A stretch of DNA of 63,533 bases, counting the filler, from Octopus bimaculoides (Eukaryota): assembly GCF_001194135.2 (NCBI RefSeq). It is 4 parts of 4 records of this genome, joined end to end, with 100 filler letters (N's around TTAATTAATTAA, not from the genome) between each part and the next. Parts side by side here need not be neighbours in the genome. Positions count along the whole stretch, not along the records: positions 27,442 to 53,906 come from NC_068982.1; 3 more parts are not named here. One strand, 5' to 3'. The translations under genes were made by a program, and so were the position numbers. This document shows positions 36,880 to 50,291 of the stretch, piece after piece (the stretch's first letter is position 1; each line of letters begins with the position of its first letter). The notes below the pieces were generated by a model. The model was not told where the DNA came from. It searched no databases and saw only the letters and a program-made list of their open reading frames with translations.

Positions 36880-37750
36880 CATTTGTTTGGTGGTGTTACC
36901 ACATCTAGTCAGGTATTCGAGAAAGATTGACGCGTTGGTATTGAGGTGTTCCTTCATTCATACGTGGAGTGGCCGTAATGTGCTACCGATGTAATAGCTG
37001 TTGCATTTGGTGCATCGTGTCTGGTACACTGATCATCTTAGTGTTGCGAATGGGATAATCGGCCAGTGTAGAGGGCTGCTGTTCTGCAAGTGGCCACCTC
37101 GTTCATAAGTGTTTAAACAGACCTTAATGGGCCAGTAGGATGTCGAGTCCTTCGCTGTAAATTGTTTTCTCATTGAGGTGGGGAATGTTATAGAAGCAGG
37201 ACTTACAGATATTCCCCTACCGACGTTTCACGGCCTGCGTTCAAATATGGAGTTAGTGACGGACGTCGGATATACGTAGGCGAGAATACCTATCGGAACT
37301 GAATAGCATGCGCGATGAGGTTGGGGTTGTCCCTGCATCAATCATATATCCAGGTAATCTCGTTATGCGCACACATGCATACTCGACGTCCTAACGTTGC
37401 GTTGGATATAAAGTTTACTATTTAGTGTTAACACTGCTTCTGTCATTAAAAATTATCTGTTCACAAACCTGCCCGCTCTCTACGAGTCCAGTGCAGGAAA
37501 ATCCACAATCATTTTATATATTATGAGCAGTGAGATTTCACTGGTATGCGAAGAGGGGGCACCTACTGCTGCTGAAGACACTCAGTACGCTGAAATCATG
37601 TGATCAGACAGTTCTGGGTTACTTAACAGGCGATTCACATCTTCAAGTGATACCTGTACGTGTGCTGTTATGCACCATGCGTTGTTATGAGATGACGTCT
37701 CAGGGCAAGTACCGCGGTATTCGGCGTTCGAAGAAAACATTCGTGTGAAT
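36880..37750 (+). mobile_element. Heavily decayed Tx1/L1-like element: ORF1 CCHC knuckles followed by the APE N-terminus
   Basis: Relatively GC-rich island. CYRCNSC-HLVH and CSASGHLVHKC need frameshifts to read as knuckles. Downstream EISLVCEE and CCYAP resemble APE LQE and NVYAP. Confidence 0.4.
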
Positions 37751-37992
37751 TTGTATATTAAGAATGTATTTTGAGATTGGCACTAGTAATTATATATATA
37801 TGTGGTGAAGCAACTGTTGCTGATCCCTTAATTATGTATATGTATATATATATATATATATATATNNNNNNNNNNNNNNNNNNNNNNNNNNNNNNNNNNN
37901 NNNNNNNNNNNNNNNNNNNNNNNNNNNNNNNNNNNNNNNNNNNNNNNNNNNNNNNNNNNNNNNNNNNNNNNNNNNNNNNNNNNNTATATGTG

Positions 37993-38023
<31 letters not shown>

Positions 38024-38180
38024 CTGTGTGTGTATGTGTGTGTGTGTGCGTGTGTATGAGCCCGCGCATGGCCATGTGTGTATGCATGTATATATAAATA
38101 TACACTTATATATGTACATATATGCACACATATACGCACATACCCGCGCATACGCACATATATATTGTTCTATCGCCAAA

Positions 38181-38446
38181 TGTTATGACCATACTAATCT
38201 GCACTATAACCGTGTAGTACAAATAAAATATAAAACGAAGCAGGGTAACAACAACGTAAGAATCCGGTAAACTCTCCACGAAATATAATCGAACAAGCAA
38301 ACGATATTCCGACAAACTACCAAAACGACACCTTACGACTTCCTGTGATTAATGCCTTCTCTCCGTCATCTCAGTAAGACCGTTACACTTTATAGTTGTT
38401 AGGTTAGAATATTCTCGCAGGCGGTGTCGTGACTTTCGCCACAACA
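38181..38446 (-). mobile_element. Gypsy 3' LTR (266 bp)
   Basis: Minus-strand TGTTGTG...CATAACA, immediately preceded by the PPT CTCAAAAGGGGAGA (38447-38460). Confidence 0.85.
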
Positions 38447-39450
38447 TCTCCCCTTTTGAGATTTCGACTTCCGTAAGAAACGAAATTTATTTTAATTCAT
38501 TTTTATTATTTTTTGTTTCCAGAAACTCTTTTTTTTTTTTGAGAGAGATTTTGTTTCCCTACGGAGTCAATACCGTTTTCACTTAGGAATTATATCGAAA
38601 TGTTCAGTCTCTGTACGATTTGTATTACTGCTCCATCTAGGTTTAAACTCTTTTGGCGCTGACACATCAAACAGGTCGTATATCACTTCCACTGGAATTC
38701 CCTTCCTTTTTCCCATATGTCTATTTCTTCATTGATTTAGAAGTGGTTTATGATCGCATCGTTAGACTTTTATTAAATACATCATGTTTGCAATTCTTTT
38801 AGTCACTATACCGTCTTCCCAACCTCCTTTACCGTTCTTATATACTTTGAAATTGACTTTGCCTTCCACATCAAAATGTCTTATTGAATTCTTTGTATTT
38901 CCCCTGAAGTTTTTTTCTTTGGCAGCAATTTATCGAAGATACATTTTATCTTCCGAACATTAGCTCTCCAGGTGATTTACCTGAACTGGTATTCGATTTG
39001 AGCGTTATTCTATACACCCATAAGAACTGAATTAGCGCTTACTCATTTCCTAACTAGTCCCATGTTCATTCAGTGCCGGCTTAAATGTCTCAACGAATAG
39101 TTCTGCTTGCTCATTTGATCTCGGGTGTTAGGGCGGGGTAAAAATTTGGTTGATTGCATGCATTTTGCAGGAAATTTTGAAGGATCTTGTAAATTGTGTT
39201 CCATTATCCGATAGTATGGTCCCCGGAACACCGTATAGAGCAAAAGGGTTGTGTAGGAACTTTATTTTTACCTTCGAGGCTGGTTGATTTACCTACATAC
39301 GTCCAGCTACTTGGTAAATCTATCAACAATGATCAAGTAGTACGCGACATTCACTGGTCCTGCCTAGTCTACATGTCGCCCGGATTACGGACTATCAGTC
39401 TTAGGTCACGATTGGTATATCACCGGTGATACCTTGGCTATTAGCGCAGT
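38447..39450 (-). mobile_element. Gypsy (Mag/K02A2.6-like) integrase remnant with stops and frameshifts
   Basis: AGPVNVAYYLIIVDRFTK, LYGVPGTILSDNGTQFT, HPRSNEQAELFVETFK, SGKSPGELMFGR and PVEVIYDLFDV. Confidence 0.88.
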
Positions 39451-41532
39451 AAAATTATCTTTGAGTTAATTAGATAGAATCCTGATTTCGGCCAGCGACT
39501 TGTGTGAGAACGAGATCAACCACACAAGATTACAAACAGATCAGATTTCTGATTCAAAACAACTTCTCCTCAATTCCCCACTGATCACTGACCAACAAAC
39601 AACAAATTTAATTCAGCTCGCTTGGAGTGAAGCTATTTGAATGACCCTAAACAGAAAATTATATCCGGTTGGATATGCAAGTGCCCATAACCTACGCATT
39701 GGAAACACGTGTAAGACTCATAACCATAAACATATGCTGTATGACGTTGTAAAATAAAAGGAAATGCAATTATCAGGATGTACCAGTCTCCATATTCTTT
39801 ATCATTATAACTATTGCTAATATACACTCCGAATAATATTACTATTCAGTGAAGCGAACGTGGATGTACCCATCGGAGGAAATTACAGCGTGAGTGACAA
39901 CTCCTAATCGTCACAGTCTTTGAATAGTAATCCATGCCTCCATGCCAACAGTCGTAACCTGAAACGTGACTGAGAGCTACTACGGTATCTACTCGAACGA
40001 TATACCCCACCAAATTCACATTAATATATGTACACACACACACACACCCACACACATATATATATTACATTACCACTCAATTTCTCTCATATATTTCTTT
40101 ATAAAATGGCAAAAGATAAAACCTGTATTGAATACATTTTTCTACTAGTATACTTAACAATTATGGCAGTTCTGCTTAAACTTCAGAACAAATCTAAATA
40201 GATAGAGCTTCCTGTATTTTACAGCCGCCCTGAAGATAGTTTTATCTCTCTTTACTTATAATACCTTTCAAGTAGATTATTGAAAACATTACAGACATTT
40301 AATTTACACTTACATGAAAATCTTGAATACTTTCAAATGTTTCATGTTTATTCAGATGAAGAACTACTTTCAAGTATTGTGAGAATAACAAAAAAAGTTA
40401 TTTTTAATTAGAGATCTACGCTAAATGTTTGGAAGAACTATCTCGATTTTGAAGTTAAACAGGGTGACGCTTGACTCAGTCATACAGCACAGAATAAGTA
40501 TTTACATTCTTAGATCACGAAGTGTGGTTCGTTGATCTATGTAAATACGCGACGTTGAATTATAGGAACGGATTAAAGGAATTTCTCTAGCGTAATTTGC
40601 TCAACTCTACAATTTTCTTTTGCAGTCCATGTACCGTTTGATATGAACATCCTATGGAAATATTTAGTATCAAATGAGTGAAATTACCTGATATAAAAGA
40701 GTTGAGTTTTGTAGCTGTATTTATTCCACTTCTTAAATTGCTTTTAATTATTGTCGCGTAGAGTTTGTATATTTAGATAGCGCCGTATTTCAGCTTCTAG
40801 AATGCTAGATAAGTTCACACATCTTGATAAAGATCCTGTTATAGTATTCTCAGCTGGGAAATAGTCATAGATATTACTTGCTCTACGATGTTGCTTAGTC
40901 GATCGAATTCTGTTATACACAGACAATTTGTGAATATTTCTTTATGAAATACTAACAATATGCAAACACATTTATCGAATGGTAAACAATAGGACTTTTC
41001 AGTGTCGGTCGATCTCCTCACGGCATCAAAAATTTTCCTTCCAGCAGCTAATTCACCTGAAGAAACGAAACACATATATTTAGTGCAGTATCAGCGATGT
41101 TAATTACTCAGATATTCCATTTACGAGCAAAAATTACGACTCAAATTAGTTTAAACTATTTAAAGTAGTAATTTTTTAATATCTTATTCGACCAGAATAG
41201 TCTTTATTGTGCTTAACACCCAACAGGGAACTGTGTAATATATATAGATAATTTTGGTGGTATCACAATTCTTATGTACAAACATGTCGCAAATTCTGCT
41301 TTGTTTGTCTCGTTAAATGGAGTAAAATATTAAGCACTGATGAAAATCCTATGATTCCCTCAAAACATATATGGGTGTTTCACTCATCAACTCACGTATA
41401 TCAATTTTCAGAAATAAGACAATGAATTTTAACATCCTCAGACGAGAACACGAGACACCGTCTTCAGCAACACCAGGTAAAATGAAACCATACGCATCAA
41501 GCGTATAATACTACATGTATAATACTACAGTT

Positions 41533-41739
41533 CCCTGGTTTCAATGGCGTGTGTGTTCTTCAGCTGGACGGGACGCCAGTCCATCGCAGCGTTACTCATT
41601 TTGCCAGCTGAGTGGACTGGAGCAACGTGAAATGAAGTGTTTTCCTCAAAAACACAACGCGTCGACCGGCCCTGGAATCGAAACCACAATCTTACGATCA
41701 TGATGCTGACACCCTAACCACTAAGCCTCGCGCCTTCAC
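41533..41739 (-). mobile_element. SINE family 3 (tRNA head, Meta/V-domain-like body)
   Basis: The reverse complement has A-box GGCTTAGTGGTTAGG and B-box GGTTTCGATTCC, followed by CTGCGATGGACTGGCGTCCCGTCCAG...GAAACCAGGG. Confidence 0.8.
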
Positions 41740-43795
41740 GCACATTTTATATAGGAAGAAATAAAGTTTCATGTGTGAGAAGTCATATTCCGCTTTTTTT
41801 AAAGGAAAATGACTCACTAATTACATTAATCAATGAACAAAGTTTAGCATATTTTAAATGCTCAACAAATGGTTTAAAATACCCATTACATTTGTTACTA
41901 TATTTTTAAACAGGTGCCTAATATTACACATGGAGGCGGTAAAACTGTTGATTAACAGGTTGTTGAACTACGAAGAAACATATTCATAAAAGACAGTACT
42001 TACTGACGCAAACGAAAAGAGAATGCGATAACTGTTCAGTGTTCTTAAATGTTTGAATAGGTGTTCATAGACATTGCGTTTCTTTGAAACGCAACATACA
42101 ATCACTGTCTCTGATCAAGTCACTTATCAAACAAGTAAAAATTATAAATACGAAGAATAATTTTCTTAGCATTTACGTGCACATGCTGCTAGAGATTTCT
42201 TTAGGTTAGAGAAAATGAAGACTAGTGAAAATATTGATTTTTCTGTTAACTACGCCAAATTCAATCTGCACAAATACATTTCCTGAGCGTATGTTATTAA
42301 TCTGTTAAATGTATATCAGTTGGCTCTCGTTGCAAATTAAACAAGGAATTACAATATTACTACAACAAGATATCTGCCGTTGCATCGTTCTGTTTACATG
42401 TCTAGATTGACCAGGTATTGAAATATGTTATATAGCCAATCCCGTTTCCTACTTATATGGGTATGTATTCAATTTTATTAGTCTGCATAATGTCAATGAA
42501 CGCAAAGTTAATCTGGGAAGGATTTCCAGAAGATATGAAGCTGAAGTAAACTAAATATATTTTGCTCTATGTTGTCCTTACTACAGATGAAAATTTCATA
42601 CAAACGTGATGAAAAACTGCACTCCAAACCATTCATTTTGCTAAATTGGGACAACATAATGTAACTGTGCTGTGAGAATGTTCATATTGTTATAAACACA
42701 CAAGAGGTCATGAACCAAATGACAATTGCATAATGAAAACCGAAAGTATGGCACTACTAATTCTATAAGATATATACTTTCGACTATAAATTAATTACAA
42801 AACAATAAAACGTTGTTCGTTTAAGCTCATGTACATTTTAAGACGCCTGTAAAATTCAAAACAACAGATTTATGACTCTCGTCGCTTCTTTCAAAATCTC
42901 TGCTTTTAAAACATTAGGATTCAGCATATAAAGAATCATTTAATTGTTCACATTGAACTTTTTCAATTTTCTTAGTTAATGAAATGATGCTATAGAAGCG
43001 CCATTGCAGATTATTTTCTCGCCTTTTTAAAAAAATTTTTGTGCGATCAAAAGCTTATGGTGAGGTAAAACATTTACACACACAATCAGACACACGCATA
43101 CACCCAACTTTTTCTTTATTGGGAATCATATTATCAAACCAAAATGTCTCAATAGAATATAAAGTATACTATATGCGTATAAATAGATATTTTTCAGGTG
43201 CCGCTGAAAAATATATGGGAATATATCACATTTGTGACATTTACTATAAATATGTTCAAAATGCGTTTTGCTACTCCAGCTGCGTACAATTTGAAACTCC
43301 ACAAATAGGATTATTAATAAATACATGTAGTTCATAACCGCATGATATCTTAAATCTCTTTTCTGTAAATCAACAACACTAAACCGAAGAAATTTATGTC
43401 AAAAACGCAATTTTGGGCATCAAATATGTATGAGTGACCGGCATAATATATTGCAAATAACCATTCGGAAATCCAAAGGTAACTTTAAATAATAAATAGA
43501 ATCAAAACTAATGTGGAACACACTTAAATATCACTCATCTGATTAAAATAGTGTATATACATGAAAACAAGATTGTAGATACGCAAAACGGAAATTTGAT
43601 TGTGAGGGTTGTAAAATTGTAAATATTACAGTCGTCGTACGCTATAATATAATGATACTTATTCAAGGACATATCTCAACGTCTGTAGTAAAAACTGAGT
43701 ATATATATATATATATATATATAAACATGCAAATAATACAGCGACTGGTATATCTTCAACTTTTTCTTTTAATTTAAAGTTAAATATACAGTATC

Positions 43796-44014
43796 GTGGC
43801 GAGCTGGCAGAAACGTTAGTACGCCGGGCGAAATACTTAGCAGTATTTCGTCCGCCATTTGTTCAAATTCTGCCGAGGTCGACTTTGTCTTTCATCCTGT
43901 CGGCGTCTTATAAATTAAGTACCAGTTACGCACTGGAGTCGATGTAATCGACTTAATCTATTTGCCTATCCTTTTTCCCCTCTGTCTTTAGCCCCTTGTG
44001 GGCAATAAAGAAAT
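43796..44014 (+). mobile_element. SINE family 1 monomer, tail A, probable 15-bp TSD
   Basis: AAGTTAAATATACAG (43777-43791) vs AAATTAATTATACAG (44015-44029), 13/15. Confidence 0.85.
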
Positions 44015-44143
44015 AAATTAATTATACAGCAAAACTAGTTAGTTAAAATGGAGAACAAGTGTTTCACAGAAACATGTATCGGTCATGTTAACTGAGAAGA
44101 TGTACCAGTGTACCAGTCCCTGTATTCTTTGTAATTATGTTAC

Positions 44144-44183
<40 letters not shown>

Positions 44184-44185
<2 letters not shown>

Positions 44186-44537
44186 CGTGAAGTATATTTG
44201 CCACCTAAATATGGCTAACGCTTGAGGGCTGATGCTACTGTAGCTTGTACCCCCAGGAAGATATCTCTTCCACCTTGCTATTGACACACTATCTGAGCCC
44301 TATCAATATTTGCAAAGGGAAGTCATCATCCTCGTCTCCAGCCTGACGTGATACGCAGGAACCGAGTTTCTGGGTATTGACCCGTCATTAGCGTATGACA
44401 ACCACCGGTTGGCGATGGGAAGTGATTCTCACTGATCACGAACAAGTGGAAACAAGCAATAAAACATCTCTGAGTGAGATATAAACAGCAGGCATACGAC
44501 ATCGTGAAGTATATTTTCCACCTAAATGTGGTTAGCG
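44184..44537. repeat. 37-bp direct repeat (33/37 identical), 317 bp apart; unclassified element
   Basis: ATCGTGAAGTATATTT.CCACCTAAAT.TGG.TA.CG at 44184 and 44501. Confidence 0.7.
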
Positions 44538-45023
44538 ACCGAGCTCTATGCATCGTTTCCCCTGTAACTGTTTTATTTCAATTTCACACTTACAACCCTT
44601 CTTCATATTTTGAGGAAATGAATATTACCCTTATGATAGCAAAGCTAAAAATAGCTGCGGCATCACCTGTGATTAAAAAGCAAAAAAATATGAAGAACTA
44701 TGTTATTGCCTACACATCAAAGGTTTACCAATTGAAGAGACATTTCAAGGCTTTATGTTTCCCCAGAGCAGCTTATCGATAACCTTCAATGAGTTTCGGA
44801 TATTTTCTATATTTGTATATTGCCGTCTAATGTAATTCTTCGATAACAGTGTGCTTGATCCTGAGTATTCCACTAGTTGTATTTCTATAAGTTTGTTCGG
44901 AAATTTAAACTTTGAAATATTTCAAAAATTGTTAATATCTCTCATTAGGAGGTAAAATTATCTTACTCAATATATATGTATGTATATATTTAATATATAT
45001 GTATATGTGTATATGTATGTGTT

Positions 45024-45068
<45 letters not shown>

Positions 45069-46099
45069 ATGTATATATATANNNNNNNNNNNNNNNNNNN
45101 NNNNNNNNNNNNNNNNNNNNNNNNNNNNNNNNNNNNNNNNNNNNNNNNNNNNNNNNNNNNNNNNNNNNNNNNNNNNNNNNNNNNNNNNNNNNNNNNNNNN
45201 NNNNNNNNNNNNNNNNNNNNNNNNNNNNNNNNNNNNNNNNNNNNNNNNNNNNNNNNNNNNNNNNNNNNNNNNNNNNNNNNNNNNNNNNNNNNNNNNNNNN
45301 NNNNNNNNNNNNNNNNNNNNNNNNNNNNNNNNNNNNNNNNNNNNNNNNNNNNNNNNNNNNNNNNNNNNNNNNNNNNNNNNNNNNNNNNNNNNNNNNNNNN
45401 NNNNNNNNNNNNNNNNNNNNNNNNNNNNNNNNNNNNNNNNNNNNNNNNNNNNNNNNNNNNNNNNNNNNNNNNNNNNNNNNNNNNNNNNNNNNNNNNNNNN
45501 NNNNNNNNNNNNNNNNNNNNNNNNNNNNNNNNNNNNNNNNNNNNNNNNNNNNNNNNNNNNNNNNNNNNNNNNNNNNNNNNNNNNNNNNNNNNNNNNNNNN
45601 NNNNNNNNNNNNNNNNNNNNNNNNNNNNNNNNNNNNNNNNNNNNNNNNNNNNNNNNNNNNNNNNNNNNNNNNNNNNNNNNNNNNNNNNNNNNNNNNNNNN
45701 NNNNNNNNNNNNNNNNNNNNNNNNNNNNNNNNNNNNNNNNNNNNNNNNNNNNNNNNNNNNNNNNNNNNNNNNNNNNNNNNNNNNNNNNNNNNNNNNNNNN
45801 NNNNNNNNNNNNNNNNNNNNNNNNNNNNNNNNNNNNNNNNNNNNNNNNNNNNNNNNNNNNNNNNTATATATATATATATATACATAAACAAGGGATTAGT
45901 TTGTGATTATAACATTGTATTGCATAATCGTATCCATTCAAACCCACAAACACGTTCACGTCTCATGTCATTTGCCTTTTATACACATACTTTCATGCAT
46001 GCATAGATACATATATATGTGTGTGTGTGTGTGTGATTGTATGATTATCTACCTAGAAAAGTATTGGCCCACAATTTGCCTAGGCTATGTCTAATTTAT

Positions 46100-46480
46100 A
46101 CCACCAACTAGAAACGGCATTTTAGAATTTTTCATGTTACAATCAGTGTTTGGTTATAACCCATTCGATATAAGAGTTCTTTTTTCCAGAGATAGATCAG
46201 GGTGTAGATGGTTTAGCTGGAATTAGTTGAAGGCGCTTCTCCAGGAAGCGTTTTATTCTTAAAGCTTTATCTTCCTTTCTTATCTTGGCATGATGTTAAA
46301 GAGAGCAGTTGAGGTGAAATCATTCTGCCTTAGTATTCGAGTTGAGGCGAGCATGATTGTTTTTGAACACTGATAGTATGGTGACCAAGCCTTGGGTAAA
46401 TATTAAACTTAATGCCAACATCAAGTGGTCAATGAAGTTGGAATATTTTCCACATCATACAAATGATAGAGCGCTCGCAG
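46100..46480 (-). mobile_element. CR1-like LINE 3' remnant
   Basis: PRLGHH, TSTALFNIMP and FLEKRLQLIPAKPSTP resemble the CR1 C-terminal LFN.LP...FK..LD.FL..IPD.P. Confidence 0.45.
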
Positions 46481-46868
46481 TGGCACTGGAAGGAACAAAG
46501 TTTGTATATACTATGGGAACAGTTTGCAATTATGCCTCGAAAGATTCTTTAATTTTCATCACTGCGAATTCTGTGTCAGAGGACGAACAGGTATTCCAAA
46601 CGCAATATTTAAAATTATACCATTTTACGTTTATATGTTATAGATACAATCCTACATGCAGAGGTAAAGGAAACACAAATATTCTATATCCTTCAACAAT
46701 AATCACTACAACACACTTTTAACTAGGAAGTATGAGTTCAAATAGAATGAAGTTCATTCAACAGACTAAGTCGATATTTTTTATATGAAATAGCAAACTC
46801 ATGAACATTGCTAAGATCTCGCTCACTGAACATAACATTGAGTGTTATGTATACATTTGAATTAATAA

Positions 46869-47077
46869 TTATTTCAAATTTTGTCACAAGGGCAGTTTGG
46901 AGGAGGTAATGATGATTACATCGACCCCAATGTTCAGCTGGTACTTACTTTATCGACCCCGAAAGGAGGAAAGGGATCGTCGACCTCTGCGGAATATGGA
47001 CTCAGAACGTAGCAATGGGCGAAATACCGCTAAGTATTGCATCGAGTGTACTAACGTTTCTGTCGGCCCACCGCCTT
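46869..47077 (-). mobile_element. SINE family 1, tail C, 17-bp TSD
   Basis: TACATTTGAATTAATAA (46852-46868) vs TACATTTGAACTGATAA (47078-47094), 15/17. Confidence 0.88.
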
Positions 47078-47565
47078 TACATTTGAACTGATAAAAATAA
47101 GCGATTATCATTAACCATTTCTCTCTATCCATATGAGACTGGTATCAAAGCAGCACCTTTTTACCGTTTAACAATTTCTGAACTATATGAAATTGCGACA
47201 TCATATTGGTATTTCTAATGAAACAATGGAACGTGTATGGTGATAGGTATAAGATTGCTTATTTGGAACCCCAATCTGTGCCTTTTTAGTGGACACCATC
47301 ATGCTGCAAGTATTTGTCCTAAGCTATAATATTCATATTATCAATTTATAAGCTCAAGCAAAATATATCTATTGAAGCTAGGCAGAGACACTACGAAATG
47401 GCTACCGAAAATAGGTTACAACAAACCTGAGGTGGTTTCAGAGTTCTTGATTACTTGCAATACAAACTACTCAAGTGAAATACAACATCAACATAAAAAC
47501 AAATGAGAATTGAATAAACAGTTTTCTAGAAAGATAATTGTATGTTTTATTTTCGTGTGTTGTAA

Positions 47566-48130
<565 letters not shown>

Positions 48131-49119
48131 GTTGTACTATTTATTTTAGAAATATACTTAAAAATGCTTATTTTGTTGGTTATTCATTCTTAAATTGTTC
48201 CTTAGTATTCATATTACATCAGTGCTGCGGTTTGAATTATGCGGCCATTAACATCTAAAATAACCAGCGCCCATTACCAAATACTAATAAAAGCATAAAA
48301 GAACTGTCTTAATAATGCCATCAACATAAATTTAGTTCATATGAATACAAAGATATTAAACGTTTGAAAGAACCATGTTGTATAAACTTCAAACATGTAA
48401 TAACATCATAGAAATCATGAAAATATATGTTTAATACAAGTATTGTTAAATGAGAAAAAAGACATTTATACGAAGCGGCAATTGGATATTCGCATTACAA
48501 GCAAATATACGGTAATTAAATAGCTCATAATATAAGAGTCAGTGGCAATATAATACAGGCTATGATTGGAATTATCTATATCATATTGTTATGAATCACG
48601 AGAGAGATTTCCCTTTGCTCTGTGAGCCTGTTGTATAACAAACAAATATACATTGATTGCTCATTTGATGACAATCTTATAGAAATGATTAAATACAAAG
48701 ATATGCGTGTTTAATTATGCTAACTATTTCAGGAAATATAATAGACGTATTCTCTTATTTATAAACTGTCTGCATATATGTATTAAATCATTGCAATCGT
48801 TCCAATTATAGTTTCTAATAATTCTCTGGATTTCATTATACACTGATCGGCAGCTCTGATCAGTTGATTGTGTAAGAACCACATATACATTTATACAAAT
48901 ACGTACGATATTTTGAAAGGAGGAGCAGTGAGGACTTTATGGGAACGCACAAAGACACACAAACACACATACACACACGTGCGAACACACGCACACATAC
49001 ACACACACACACACACATACACACACACAATCACACATAAACGTGTTTGTGTGTGTGTGTGTGTATTTGATGCTATTTATCACTGCATACACTACACACA
49101 CATATACACATATACACAC

Positions 49120-49158
<39 letters not shown>

Positions 49159-49763
49159 NNNNNNNNNNNNNNNNNNNNNNNNNNNNNNNNNNNNNNNNNN
49201 NNNNNNNNNNNNNNNNNNNNNNNNNNNNNNNNNNNNNNNNNNNNNNNNNNNNNNNNNNNNNNNNNNNNNNNNNNNNNNNNNNNNNNNNNNNNNNNNNNNN
49301 NNNNNNNNNNNNNNNNNNNNNNNNNNNNNNNNNNNNNNNNNNNNNNNNNNNNNNNNNNNNNNNNNNNNNNNNNNNNNNNNNNNNNNNNNNNNNNNNNNNN
49401 NNNNNNNNNNNNNNNNNNNNNNNNNNNNNNNNNNNNNNNNNNNNNNNNNNNNNNNNNNNNNNNNNNNNNNNNNNNNNNNNNNNNNNNNNNNNNNNNNNNN
49501 NNNNNNNNNNNNNNNNNNNNNNNNNNNNNNNNNNNNNNNNNNNNNNNNNNNNNNNNNNNNNNNNNNNNNNNNNNNNNNNNNNNNNNNNNNNNNNNNNNNN
49601 NNNNNNNNNNNNNNNNNNNNNNNNNNNNNNNNNNNNNNNNNNNNNNNNNNNNNNNNNNNNNNTATATATATATATATATATATGTATATACACAAACACA
49701 TATATTTGGGTGCGTGTGCTTGTATGTATGTACTTGTATATAGTCTTGCTGTTTGCGACTAAA

Positions 49764-50215
49764 GTGGCAGCCCCTCAAGGTCGCTTGATGAGGAGTGTTA
49801 TTTTTGAGGTCCTTGCAGTCTGAAAACAAAACCCGTCAGGGCGAACAAACTTATGTGAGTCAATGGCCACTACAACCCTGTGAATATATGTATAAACTTA
49901 TATGCAATGTGACAAACCCATGAGATTTTAACCTAAGAAATGTTTTAGGAATGTAGTAAAAAGCGACATTAAAATTCTTAGTGTGGATAGTGAAATATGA
50001 AGAGATGGCGGAAATAAATCTCTTCGGAAAAATAGTTATTTACAACGAATATAAAACATTTGAAAGACGGTGAATTAAACGGTTCAAATGAGTTCAATGT
50101 AAACGGGGCTTGAATCCAGACAGTTTTGTAACATCGACAGTAGGGCCTATTTATTTAGAGCTGGACTTATTGGTCATGTTAGATCTAATGACAATATGTT
50201 GAAACTGAAGCTACA
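49764..50215 (+). mobile_element. RTE/BovB-like 3' remnant preceded by a possible 5'-UTR segment
   Basis: PKKCFRNVVKSDIKILSVD, EEMAE...KTFERR and the terminal C2H2-like CNIDSRAYLFRAGLIGHVRS. (TATC)n follows. Confidence 0.5.
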
Positions 50216-50232
50216 TACTTCTTCCGTAAGAA

Positions 50233-50291
<59 letters not shown>

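Noticed and set aside
42225-42245. GAAGACTAGTGA resembling miR-7
   Set aside because: Only a partial match, with no precursor hairpin. No conserved bilaterian miRNA was recognised anywhere in the window.
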